Shown here: positions 9,497-18,332 of the stretch, in pieces
Layout: every line of letters begins with the position of its first letter
How positions within the stretch are numbered: position 1 is the stretch's first letter
Assembly: GCA_043747615.1 (NCBI GenBank)
Contig: JAYTOU010000017.1
Span: 119,249 to 183,248, forward strand
DNA length: 64,000 nucleotides
From: Myxococcales bacterium
GTDB lineage: Bacteria; Myxococcota_A; Polyangia; Polyangiales; Polyangiaceae
Reading direction: 5' to 3'
Translations under genes and position numbers: made by a program
The notes under the pieces: generated by a model
Seen by the model: only the letters and a program-made list of their open reading frames with translations
Databases searched by the model: none
Told to the model about the DNA's origin: nothing

Positions 9497-10084
9497 TCAA
9501 CCGCCGCGTTTCGCAGCCTTTTCGCCGAAGAATTCGATCGAACGCACGAGCCACGCAAGCGAGCTTGCATCCGGCGCGAGGGCCACGGGCGCCAGGATGA
9601 ACCCCCCCTTCCGCACCTCGAGATGAAGAGGGATGCCCCAGCCCATGACGAGCTTTCGCACACTCGGTGTGATTGATCGGGTCAGATCCTGCTTCGACGG
9701 CGCGAAGGTCGAGAAGACCTGATCGAATGCGGGATCGCCCGTGCGCGTACGCGGCATCGTGACCAGATCGAGAGGTTCGCCGAAGACATGAGCGACATCG
9801 CAGGTCGCAGCTGCCACGCCTTCCATCCGTACGTCTTGGGCGATGGCGATCCACGATGCGCTCTCGCCGGAAAACCCTTCGGGCGAGGTTCGCTCCTGCA
9901 CCATGCGGGCGATGGTCAGCGAGCCGGTGGTTCCCGTGTGCTCGAGCACGTGTTCGTAGCGGTGCGGTGTTTTGAGGGTCGCGAACGGCTCCCACACGCG
10001 AAGCCAACGCTCGTCGGCGTCCGGCTCGTAACGCATTCCCTTCGTCGCCGCATACTGCGCGACCCACCCAACGGGAGCGGGCAA
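9497..10084 (-). CDS. Hypothetical protein
   Basis: Globular-looking sequence. Probable TTG start 2 nt after the ccmE stop (alternative ATG 10036). Confidence 0.6.
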   Translation of the reverse strand: MPAPVGWVAQYAATKGMRYEPDADERWLRVWEPFATLKTPHRYEHVLEHTGTTGSLTIARMVQERTSPEGFSGESASWIAIAQDVRMEGVAAATCDVAHVFGEPLDLVTMPRTRTGDPAFDQVFSTFAPSKQDLTRSITPSVRKLVMGWGIPLHLEVRKGGFILAPVALAPDASSLAWLVRSIEFFGEKAAKRGG

Positions 10085-10086
10085 GG

Positions 10087-10656
10087 CTACTCGACCTTCG
10101 GGAGGTCCGTCGCGAGGTGAGGCATTTTTTCGCCGCGCCCCGCCTTCTCTTGCATCTCGTATTTGCTCGGACACTTGGCGAGCACGCTCGTCGCCTCGAA
10201 CGAGTTGTCCGCCTGGAGCTCTCCCTCCACCGTCACGCCGACGTCCATCCCCGGGACGTCGCGAAAGGTGTCCGGCACGACGCACTGGGCGTAGCGCACG
10301 GGAACCTGGACCCCCTTTTTCTCGATCGTGAAGCGGTACTCGCACGGCGAATCGCGCTTCACGAGTGTGCCGTGAACGAGGTTCCCCTCGGCGCGCACGG
10401 GTCGTCCGGCGAACTTGGTCTTGTTCGCCATGACCTCGTCGATCGGCTTCAAGTAAATCGCGTTGTCCTTCATGCCGCCGAGCGCAAGGGCGGTGACTGC
10501 GGCTGCGGCCATCACCAACGGAATCACGAGCATCAATCCCCGACGCGACGCCTGCGGGTCGGTTGCCTGGACTTTGCGCCCTCGGCGAACGGGAAGCGGG
10601 GTGTGATCTTCCTCCGCGTCTGCACGCTCGGTCTTCGGCTCTTCGGGGTAGTTCAT
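10087..10656 (-). CDS. ccmE: Cytochrome c maturation heme chaperone CcmE, CxxxY type
   Basis: N-terminal TM, VRAEGNLVHGT, VPDTFRD..VTVEG, VLAKCPSKY. Confidence 0.85.
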   Translation of the reverse strand: MNYPEEPKTERADAEEDHTPLPVRRGRKVQATDPQASRRGLMLVIPLVMAAAAVTALALGGMKDNAIYLKPIDEVMANKTKFAGRPVRAEGNLVHGTLVKRDSPCEYRFTIEKKGVQVPVRYAQCVVPDTFRDVPGMDVGVTVEGELQADNSFEATSVLAKCPSKYEMQEKAGRGEKMPHLATDLPKVE

Positions 10657-10776
10657 GGCTAGTGCAAATCTTTGCCTGCGCGGTCCTCCTCGTCAACGTG
10701 TCAATGTCTCGACCCGAAAGATGGCGTGGGTGGGTCTTGCGGCGTCCACCACCCCGAAAATGACGTGCTACACTTC

Positions 10777-11361
10777 ATGGTGTTGATGGGCGACGTGCTC
10801 ACTAGTCCCGTTCTCGTTCTCAATCGTTACTTTGCCCCGGTGCAGCTAACGACGGCCAAGCGCGCCTTCGTGCTGCTCTACGGCGGCGTGGCCCAGGCGC
10901 TGGACGAAGACGGCGAAGCGCATGATTTCGATCTGTGGCGGATGCTTCCCGTGCGCGAGACCGATGACGGTCTCCCGATCGTCGGCGGGCAGCTGCGGGT
11001 GCCACGTGTCGTGCACCTCCTCAAGTACGATCGCACCCCGCGCCTGACGGTTCGCCTCACACGACGAAACCTGATGCTGCGTGACGCGCACCAGTGTCAG
11101 TACTGCGGCAAGCGCCCGCTCCTTCGCGAGCTCAACATCGACCACGTCCTGCCGCGATCCCGCGGGGGAGCCGACACGTGGGAAAATTTGGTCACCGCGT
11201 GCCGCGTCTGCAATCTGCGAAAAGGCTGGAAAACACCGGAGGAAGCGAGCATGCGCCTCGCCCGTCGCCCCTTCCGTCCGAAGTGGTCGATGAGCGCGCA
11301 GATCCTTCTCGGGACTGAGTCGCAGTTCGAAGAGTGGAAGCCGTTTCTCAAAGCAGGCTGA
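10777..11361 (+). CDS. HNH endonuclease (McrA-like)
   Basis: VLVLN, LRDAHQCQYCG, NIDHVLPRSRGG..WENLVTACRVCNLRKG. Start at 10777, 10780 or 10786. Confidence 0.9.
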   Translation: MVLMGDVLTSPVLVLNRYFAPVQLTTAKRAFVLLYGGVAQALDEDGEAHDFDLWRMLPVRETDDGLPIVGGQLRVPRVVHLLKYDRTPRLTVRLTRRNLMLRDAHQCQYCGKRPLLRELNIDHVLPRSRGGADTWENLVTACRVCNLRKGWKTPEEASMRLARRPFRPKWSMSAQILLGTESQFEEWKPFLKAG

Positions 11362-11371
11362 CCGAGCCGAC

Positions 11372-11833
11372 TCATCGGGCCACGACTCCGGAAGGGCCGC
11401 AGCTGCCCCACGCGTTCCAGCCGCCGGTGGCGCAGACGAAGAGCGCTTCGCAACCGCAACATCCGTTTGGGCACGTTGCGGCGGTGGCGAGTGGGCAATC
11501 AGGCGGTTCGAGGGCGACGCAGCCTGGTCCCCCCGATGCGCCGGGGACATCGTCGTAGCTCGCGTCGCTCGGGGGCGCGGCGTCGTGCATGGGAAGCGCG
11601 GCGTCGACGGCAGGGTGCGACGGGCAGGTCTCTCGCAGCGACCAGGTGTTGCCGGGGTTGCACGCGTAGATGGCAACGCACGCCGAATCGCCGCACGCGC
11701 CGGGGTAGATGGGGCAGCCGCCCGCCGGGATGTTGTTGCACCGCGTGAGCGTGGGGTCGTCGCCGCAGGCCAAGCCAACGACCACCGTTAGCGCGGCAAA
11801 ACAAGCCGAAATGGTGACACGACGGCCGTTCAT
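11372..11833 (-). CDS. Cys-rich lipoprotein
   Basis: Lipobox GLAC, two Cys-rich modules joined by a DAA linker, ATGA overlap with the kinase stop. Confidence 0.75.
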   Translation of the reverse strand: MNGRRVTISACFAALTVVVGLACGDDPTLTRCNNIPAGGCPIYPGACGDSACVAIYACNPGNTWSLRETCPSHPAVDAALPMHDAAPPSDASYDDVPGASGGPGCVALEPPDCPLATAATCPNGCCGCEALFVCATGGWNAWGSCGPSGVVAR

Positions 11834-13470
11834 TGGAGCTTGGTGAAGCCATTCTTCTTCGTTCCCACCGGAGGAGGCAGGCGCGGCGGACGAGAGACAC
11901 CCCCGCTCGATCGCGTCGGGAGCGCACCACGCGGGTACTGAATCGTGAAGCCGTCGGGATCGGGGCGGGCCACACCTTGCACTTCGCGCATCATGCCCTC
12001 GGCGCGCGATCCGTCCACGGCGATCGCCACCACCCGGTGGTCGAGCCCGCTCTCGCCCGGCACCTCGAACGCGCTCACGTCCGCGGCGGGATCGAGATCG
12101 CGCTGGGCATCGTCGAACTCGATGTGAATTGCGACGAAGGGGAGCGGCACGACCACCCGCCGCGAAAGCGACGCGGGAGGCAGCGTAGCGACGGGCGCGG
12201 CGACGGGCGGCGGCTCGCCATGCGAGGCTCTGGAGACGAAGAGAAAAACGGAGAGCGCGCCGAAAGCCACCCCTCCTGCGATCCCGCCGATGAGGGGCCA
12301 CCGCGTCTTGCGCGCCACGAACGGGAAGGGCTCGTTCAGATTCCCGAACGCATAGCGCTCACTCGGTGCGGGCGGCGCGATCGTCGCAAAAAGAAGGGTG
12401 TTCGAGAGCGGCGAGTCCGGCGGGGATGGGCGAGGACTGAGCCCCGAGTTCGTGAAAAGTGCGTCGACCTCACCTTCCGGGAGGGACGTTCGGAGCGCAT
12501 CGTGACGAAGCCCCATCCGCGGACCGAAGACGGTCTCCATCACCCGCTCGACGTCGCGCGCCGTTCCCACATTTCCGCGGCCGGCCCCCTTCTCGATGGC
12601 GGTGGCGAACTCGGCCGCCGTTTCATAGCGTGACGCGAGGTCGCGTGAGAGGCCGCGAGCAATGGCGTCGTCGAGGCCGGACGGAATCTGGGCGCCGAGC
12701 TGACGAAGGCGCGGAATGGGCGCGCTCATGACCTCTTGCAGCGTGTCGAGAGCCTCTTCACCCCGGAAAAGACGCCTACCCGCGAGGCACTCCCAGAGCA
12801 CGACGGCCATCGAAAAGAGATCGCTTTGCTTCGTGCAGATGCGGCGCCGATCGATCCGCTCTGGCGCGAGGTACGCCAGCTTGCCCTTCACCTCGTGGGT
12901 TCGTGTCGTTTGCACACGATCCTCGGCGTGGGCGATCCCGAAGTCGGTGAGACGAACGCGGCCGTCGCAGCCGATGAGCACGTTGTGCGGAGAGATGTCG
13001 CGGTGGACGATCCCGAGCGGCTTTCCCGTCTCGTCCTTCAGCTCGTGGGCTGCATGAAGCCCTGCAAGCGCGTCGAGCACCACCCGCACGGCCACTTTCG
13101 TGTCGACCGCTCGCTCCGCTGAAACAAGCTCTTTTCGGAGCTCGGAGAGCGACGCGCCCTCGACGTAGTCCATGACGATGAAGGGCTCGCCCGCCTCGAA
13201 CCCGAGCTCACGCACCCGGACGACGTTCGGATGATCGATCGCCGACGCGAGCCGAGCCTCGTCGAGCAGCATGGAGAGAAACGTCTTGTCGGTGGCCAGG
13301 TGACGGTGGGGCCGCTTCAAAGCGACGAGCGAGCTCTTGTCGCGCCCATCGACGGCCCGCGCGAGGTGCACCGTGGCCATCCCGCCGGAAGCGAGCTCGA
13401 GCAGCAGCTCGTAGGCACCGGCGCGCGTGGGCGGGGCGCGCGTGGCCTTGTCGGGGGGCTCATTCGACAC
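11830..13470 (-). CDS. Membrane-anchored Ser/Thr protein kinase
   Basis: LASGGMATV, VALK, HRDISPHN, DFG, GKLAYLAPE, then a TM segment and an extracytoplasmic tail. Confidence 0.93.
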   Translation of the reverse strand: MSNEPPDKATRAPPTRAGAYELLLELASGGMATVHLARAVDGRDKSSLVALKRPHRHLATDKTFLSMLLDEARLASAIDHPNVVRVRELGFEAGEPFIVMDYVEGASLSELRKELVSAERAVDTKVAVRVVLDALAGLHAAHELKDETGKPLGIVHRDISPHNVLIGCDGRVRLTDFGIAHAEDRVQTTRTHEVKGKLAYLAPERIDRRRICTKQSDLFSMAVVLWECLAGRRLFRGEEALDTLQEVMSAPIPRLRQLGAQIPSGLDDAIARGLSRDLASRYETAAEFATAIEKGAGRGNVGTARDVERVMETVFGPRMGLRHDALRTSLPEGEVDALFTNSGLSPRPSPPDSPLSNTLLFATIAPPAPSERYAFGNLNEPFPFVARKTRWPLIGGIAGGVAFGALSVFLFVSRASHGEPPPVAAPVATLPPASLSRRVVVPLPFVAIHIEFDDAQRDLDPAADVSAFEVPGESGLDHRVVAIAVDGSRAEGMMREVQGVARPDPDGFTIQYPRGALPTRSSGGVSRPPRLPPPVGTKKNGFTKLQ

Positions 13471-13564
13471 AGGAACCCTGAAATAGAAGCATTTTGAAGG
13501 TGTCCCGTCGAGTGCTGGAGGTGTTATGAATTTGCGGTCTCGAAATTCACCCTGGAGAAATCAC

Positions 13565-14227
13565 ATGCGCGCCTTCGTCGTTGCCTCGGTCAGCTCTCTC
13601 GCAGTTTCTGCCGCGCTCCTCATCGCGTGCGGGGGCGGTTCGAACGCACCCGGTGCAAAGGCCGCAGCAGCGCCCGAAAGCACCGATCCCGGAGCGACGG
13701 CGGCCGCAGGTGGCGACCACGCGACGGGCGGGGCAGATGGCGTCGTCAATCCTGCAGCAGGGGACGCGGGGCCGACTTCGACCACGACCATGAATCTCAA
13801 CAAGGCGGGCGACCTCCAAGGCGCGAAGCTCACGACGTCATCGAGCACGACCATCCAGACCAAAGGCGACGGCGGCGCGATGCCTGATCCCAAGAGCGGC
13901 GGTGATCCCGGACGCAAGCGCGAGGACATTCAAGCACTCGTGGTCGCGCGCCGCGACGAAGCCCGAAAGTGCTACGACGACGCGCTGAAAAATCATCCCG
14001 GCATGGAGGGGAACCTCGACGTCAAGTGGACGATCGATCCCAAAGGGGTCATCACCGACATCTCCGTCGACGACTCGAAGAGTGACATTCACGACGATGC
14101 GCTCGGAAAGTGCGTCATCAACGTGATCAAGCAAATCACCTTCGCAGCGAGCCCCAAAGGCTTCGAGAGCCGACCGCACTACCCGTTCAATTTCCACCCG
14201 CGCGGTCCGCAGCCGCCGAAGCGCTGA
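13565..14227 (+). CDS. Lipoprotein with AgmX/PglI-like (TonB_C-like) C-terminal domain
   Basis: Lipobox LIAC and low-complexity linker. RKCYDDALK..GNLDVKWTIDPKG..CVINVIK..YPFNF. Confidence 0.8.
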   Translation: MRAFVVASVSSLAVSAALLIACGGGSNAPGAKAAAAPESTDPGATAAAGGDHATGGADGVVNPAAGDAGPTSTTTMNLNKAGDLQGAKLTTSSSTTIQTKGDGGAMPDPKSGGDPGRKREDIQALVVARRDEARKCYDDALKNHPGMEGNLDVKWTIDPKGVITDISVDDSKSDIHDDALGKCVINVIKQITFAASPKGFESRPHYPFNFHPRGPQPPKR

Positions 14228-15048
14228 TGGGGGCCGACGTCGTCCCGGCTCTGGTCGCGCTCGGTTTCTCGCTCAACGAATCGCGTGCCTACGGCGCGCT
14301 CCTCCAAGAAAGCCCCGCCACGGGGTACGAGGTCGGCGTTCGCGCGCAGATCCCGCGATCAGCGGTGTACGGGGTGCTCCGTCGTCTGGTGAAGGCGGGA
14401 GCTGCGCGGTCGATCGCCGGCACGCCCGAACGCTTCACGCCTGCGCCGGCCGAGGAGGTCCTCGCTCTCCTGCGAAAACGCTTCGACACCTCGACGCAGG
14501 CCCTGGAAGAAGCCGTGCGTCAGCTCGACTCGACCCCCGCAGCACCAGTCGCCTTCAGCGTTCACGGCTACGAGCGAATCCTCGAAGAGGCCGATCGGAT
14601 CGCCCACGGCGCAGAGGGGCGGCTCATCGTGAGTGGCTGGCCGCGGGAGCTTTTGCGCCTCGCTCCGGAGCTTCGGAGGGCCGCGAAACGGCGCGTTTAC
14701 CTGGTGATTTTTTCGCACGCCGAGCTGCCGCGCCTCCCCGGAGAAGTCTTCAGCTACGGACTGAAAGAGGCGTCGCTCGAAGAGTTCTGGAAGCATCGCC
14801 TCCTTCTCGTTGCAGACGATCGGCGCACCCTCATCGGCGCAACGGAGATGCTCGAGACGGACACCGCCGTGATCAGCGAGACCTCACCGATCGCGGAGGT
14901 AGCCGCAAGCCAGGTGGCGCTCGACATCACCCTCCTCTCACAGCGCAAAGGGCAGGACGTCCGCGCGGTGATGGTCAAGATGCTCGGGCCGCGCGTTGGG
15001 CGCCTCGACACGCTCCTCACCCGCCCCAAGAAGCCAGTGCTAGGGTGA
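14227..15048 (+). CDS. TrmB-family transcriptional regulator
   Basis: LGFSLNESRAYGALL..TGYEV..IPRSAVYGVLRRLV wHTH plus a PLD-like effector domain (LLVADDRRTLIG). TGATG coupling to the upstream gene. Confidence 0.88.
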   Translation: MGADVVPALVALGFSLNESRAYGALLQESPATGYEVGVRAQIPRSAVYGVLRRLVKAGAARSIAGTPERFTPAPAEEVLALLRKRFDTSTQALEEAVRQLDSTPAAPVAFSVHGYERILEEADRIAHGAEGRLIVSGWPRELLRLAPELRRAAKRRVYLVIFSHAELPRLPGEVFSYGLKEASLEEFWKHRLLLVADDRRTLIGATEMLETDTAVISETSPIAEVAASQVALDITLLSQRKGQDVRAVMVKMLGPRVGRLDTLLTRPKKPVLG

Positions 15049-15052
15049 CCTC

Positions 15053-16690
15053 GTGGAAAGCGGACGGTCGTCGTTCGCCCCGAGGCGTTTTTCTTTGGCG
15101 CCGCCGGGCGACGTGTTCACTGCGCTCTTGCGGGACACGCGCGGCCTCCGTCGCGAGCACGCCCAGCAGCGAGAAGCCTGGTTTTCCCAGCTCCCGGTGG
15201 ATCGCAAAGAGGATCTGCTCTTCGAGCTAGAGATTCTCCTCAAGGGACTTGCCTGCTTCGCCAACCCTCGGAATCATCCTGGTCCGGCGAGGCGCACGCC
15301 GGTCGTGGCCCAGGATTTCCGCGAGCCGCTCGCGCTCACGCGGGAGGCCATCGGGCGGATCGTGGCGCTCTCGAAGCTGCTCCTCGTCGATCGCGAGCGA
15401 GCGTTCGTTTTTCAGCGTTATCTGGAAACGGTGCTCCCCGACGACAGCGCGCGCACGCGTCTGGTGAGCGACAACCTGAATCAAGATTCGCCGGCGCAGT
15501 CCCTCTTCGTGATGCGTCACGCGATGACCAACGTGCTCGAGGTCGCGAACGGCGTGTCGCGCCTCCAGCGCGTTCCGTTTCGCCTGTTTTATTCGCTCCT
15601 GAGCGTTGCCCAGAGGGAGGTCGCGCAGTCGGCGTACTTCAACCCCATGAGCGCGCTCGAGTTTCGACCGGAGTTCGATCGACTCACGAACCAGCGCATC
15701 CTCGAGCTCACACGTTCGGTGCCCGGCGATCACGCGCGGCGTCTCGTGGCTCTCGCCTTTCTCTCTCTTTTTCGGATGCTCCGCTACCTCACGCTGCTCG
15801 AGGCGACCGCGCGTGATGGTGAGGTCGCCTCCCGCTCGAATCCAATGCACGGCCGACGGATGTCCGGGGTGATCTACCTCGTGATGAGCGTCTTGCGTTC
15901 CGATGCGCGGGCGCTCACGAGCTATCTGCGGCACAAATCGGGACCGCTTCTCGCCGAGGGCTACGATCAGGATCTATTCAAGGTCCCCGCATCGGAAGTG
16001 GTGAGTCGCTACGATGCGCTGCTCGCCGATGGTCATCGTCTCCTCGACATCAAGGCAACGCTCGAGGGAGTCAGCGCGAACCTTCGCCTTGAGCTTCGTC
16101 GTGCGTTCGAGCACGATTTCGTTGCTCCCGAGCACGCGCCGAACGTCACCGAGGTGCACGCCGCGACGCTTGCGTTAGTGAGAAATCTTCGCCCCGCGCT
16201 GCAGAACGCCATTCTCTTCTTGGGAAAATCGCTTGGCGCGCGCCTCGACGAGCAGGGGGTGTTCGACGATGACGCCGCACGCCGTTCACTTTCAGATCGC
16301 TTGCGACGCGACGTCTGGATGTTCGCGCAGATCGTACGGGCGTTTGCTCACAAGGCGCGGGCCGCTCCCGCCGGTGACGTGCGCTGGGTCGGTGTTTCAC
16401 CGCTTCAATTCGTGCGCGAGTTCCTCGCTTACTTCAAGGCCATGGGCTACCCGCTGCTTCGCACGGCCGATTATCCGCGCGTCGATTTTTTCATGGGCGC
16501 GATGAACGCGCTCGAAGAAACGGATCTCCTCGAGCCGGCGCGGTTGAAGAGCGCGCTCGACGAAGCCGACAAGTTTCACGTGTTCCTCACGACGCTCTTC
16601 GAACAGATCTGCCGACGAGACGAGCTCCTCCACGTGGCGTTCGATCGCCGTGCAGCGGCGGAAGCTCTGAAGCTCTATCTCGGCGCCTGA
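15053..16690 (+). CDS. Hypothetical, probably all-alpha cytoplasmic protein (545 aa)
   Basis: Long ORF 4 nt after the trmB-like stop. No motif recognised. Confidence 0.75.
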   Translation: MESGRSSFAPRRFSLAPPGDVFTALLRDTRGLRREHAQQREAWFSQLPVDRKEDLLFELEILLKGLACFANPRNHPGPARRTPVVAQDFREPLALTREAIGRIVALSKLLLVDRERAFVFQRYLETVLPDDSARTRLVSDNLNQDSPAQSLFVMRHAMTNVLEVANGVSRLQRVPFRLFYSLLSVAQREVAQSAYFNPMSALEFRPEFDRLTNQRILELTRSVPGDHARRLVALAFLSLFRMLRYLTLLEATARDGEVASRSNPMHGRRMSGVIYLVMSVLRSDARALTSYLRHKSGPLLAEGYDQDLFKVPASEVVSRYDALLADGHRLLDIKATLEGVSANLRLELRRAFEHDFVAPEHAPNVTEVHAATLALVRNLRPALQNAILFLGKSLGARLDEQGVFDDDAARRSLSDRLRRDVWMFAQIVRAFAHKARAAPAGDVRWVGVSPLQFVREFLAYFKAMGYPLLRTADYPRVDFFMGAMNALEETDLLEPARLKSALDEADKFHVFLTTLFEQICRRDELLHVAFDRRAAAEALKLYLGA

Positions 16691-16702
16691 ATTTTTCGGC
16701 GC

Positions 16703-16745
16703 GCAAATGACACGAAGGGCGCCCTCCCCACTAGGAAAGACGCCC
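16703..16745 (-). terminator. Probable intrinsic terminator of the histone-like gene
   Basis: Minus strand reads GGGCGUCUUUCC-UAGUG-GGGAGGGCGCCC followed by UUCGUGUCAUUU. Confidence 0.5.
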
Positions 16746-16819
16746 TCCGTACCCGGCCGCGAGCGCGAGCCGCCTTCTAAGAGGCCGCGCTACGCACAAA
16801 TCATGCCAGGGTTGCTACT

Positions 16820-17116
16820 TTACTCTTCCCCGTCATCGAGCCCGTGGCTCGAAGTCGGAGCGCCTCCCAACATGGAGGGGACTCCAGCCGGCGGGGCGGC
16901 TTTTGATGCTGATTTTCGGCCGCCAGCTGCCGGACGCTTTGCAGCGCTCCGACCTTTGGCAGCCTTTTTAGCAGGTTTTTTGGCAGCCTTTTTCTTGGCA
17001 GCCTTTTTCTTGGCAGCCTTGCGCTTCGCGGGCTTCTTTGCCGTCTTGCCAGCGGCCTTTTTCGTGGTCTTCGTCTTCTTCGCGGTCGACTTCTTTGCAG
17101 ACTTCTTAGCAGCCAT
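16820..17116 (-). CDS. Histone H1-like Lys/Ala-rich nucleoid protein
   Basis: AAKK/PAKK repeats, short acidic C-terminus, RBS GGAGGG. Confidence 0.8.
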   Translation of the reverse strand: MAAKKSAKKSTAKKTKTTKKAAGKTAKKPAKRKAAKKKAAKKKAAKKPAKKAAKGRSAAKRPAAGGRKSASKAAPPAGVPSMLGGAPTSSHGLDDGEE

Positions 17117-17144
17117 GATGAATCCCTCCAGAGAAGGTTATACA

Positions 17145-17176
17145 TGACGTATATGGTCACCTACGTCAGGTGTCAA
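17145..17176 (-). promoter_or_regulatory. Sigma70-type promoter of the H1-like gene with overlapping palindrome
   Basis: TTGACA-N17-TATACG on the minus strand. Inverted repeat TGACGTA-N10-TACGTCA at 17145-17168. Confidence 0.6.
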
Positions 17177-17284
17177 ACAATTAATTTGCGTTGGTGAAGA
17201 AAAGACTTCCCAAACGCCCGAAGCTACCCGGAGTGATGGTTTTAAGCTTGTTTTCTCGAGGTGCTGGCGGTTGCGCTCTCCGCC

Positions 17285-17314
17285 TTGACTCTCGAAAGTG
17301 CGGGCAGATACGGT
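17285..17314 (+). promoter_or_regulatory. Candidate sigma70 promoter of the OmpA/MotB gene
   Basis: TTGACT-N18-TACGGT. Confidence 0.45.
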
Positions 17315-17402
17315 CCTTCCGGCGATTTCGTGGTGTTTTTTTTTCGCCGCTAACCAGTGACCCCGCCGCATCGCGGACGCGTGGTCTCCAGGAGGTGTTC
17401 GC

Positions 17403-18257
17403 GTGATTGCACGATACGGATTTAGATGGAGCGTTCTCGCGACGATGGCGGCAGTCATGCTGACGCTCGTCGCCTGCGGCCACACCGACGAAGAGATGGC
17501 CAACAAGCAGCGCGAGATCGACAGCATGGGCGCGCAGCTCAAAGCGGCGAAGGCGCAGATCGCGCAGGACGAAGCAAAGTTCAACGACACCCAGGCGCAA
17601 GTCGAAACCCTTCGCGCGCAGCTGAAGGCCGCTGGAATCAGCGAAGGCAAAACGCGCGCGGAAGCGGATCAACTGAAGCAAGCGCTCGCCGAGTACAAGC
17701 AGCGCGCCGATCAGCTCACCGCGATCGAGCAGCGCTTTCGCGATCTCAAGGCGCGTCTCGAGAAGCTCACCCAGGTCGGTCTCAAGGTGGTCGTGCGAAA
17801 CAACCGCATGGTCATCCAGCTCCCCGGCGACGTTCTCTTCGACTCCGGGAAAGACGAGCTCAAGCCGCAGGGCAAGGAAGTTCTCGTGCAGGTCGCAGAC
17901 GTCATCCGCAGCGACGCAGACCTTTCTAAGCGTAATTTCCAGGTCGCGGGGCACACCGACAACGCGAAGTATCCGCCCGGTGGTCTCTTCAAGGACAACT
18001 GGGGGCTGTCGCTTGCTCGGTCGCGCCAGGTCCTTCTCTTTCTCATCTCGAACAAGCCATCCGCCAAGCCGGGCGCAAAGGCCGAAGGCGGTGGACTCGA
18101 TCCGAAGCACTGGGCAGCCTCGGGTTACGGCGAGACGGATCCGCAAGCCGGCTCTGTCGAGACTCAGAAGCCCGACGAGCAGGGCAAGAATCGTCGCGTC
18201 GAGCTCGTGCTCCAGCCGAACGTCGAAGAGATGCTCAACCTGAACAACATCAAGTAA
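17403..18257 (+). CDS. OmpA/MotB-like peptidoglycan-binding lipoprotein with coiled coil
   Basis: Lipobox LVAC, heptad region, VLFDSGK, VAGHTDN, DNWGLSLARS, GYGETDP, NRRVEL. RBS GGAGG before the GTG. Confidence 0.88.
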   Translation: MIARYGFRWSVLATMAAVMLTLVACGHTDEEMANKQREIDSMGAQLKAAKAQIAQDEAKFNDTQAQVETLRAQLKAAGISEGKTRAEADQLKQALAEYKQRADQLTAIEQRFRDLKARLEKLTQVGLKVVVRNNRMVIQLPGDVLFDSGKDELKPQGKEVLVQVADVIRSDADLSKRNFQVAGHTDNAKYPPGGLFKDNWGLSLARSRQVLLFLISNKPSAKPGAKAEGGGLDPKHWAASGYGETDPQAGSVETQKPDEQGKNRRVELVLQPNVEEMLNLNNIK

Positions 18258-18278
18258 GCGCTTCGACTTTCAGCAGCG

Positions 18279-18316
18279 CGGGGTCGGTCTTTCGAGATCG
18301 GCCCCGTTCGCTTTTG
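18279..18316 (+). terminator. Intrinsic terminator-like hairpin
   Basis: CGGGGTCGGTCT-TTCG-AGATCGGCCCCG followed by TTCGCTTTTG. Confidence 0.6.
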
Positions 18317-18332
18317 TGGAGACAACGACGAC

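Noticed and set aside
10777..11361. HNH gene as a homing endonuclease or defence system
   Set aside because: Looks like the widespread stand-alone McrA-like family. No intron/intein context, methylase or other defence gene adjacent.
16572..16587. parS-like AGTTTCACGTGTTCCT (similar partial matches at 19541 and 34222)
   Set aside because: Only half-site matches with several mismatches, despite the probable proximity to oriC.
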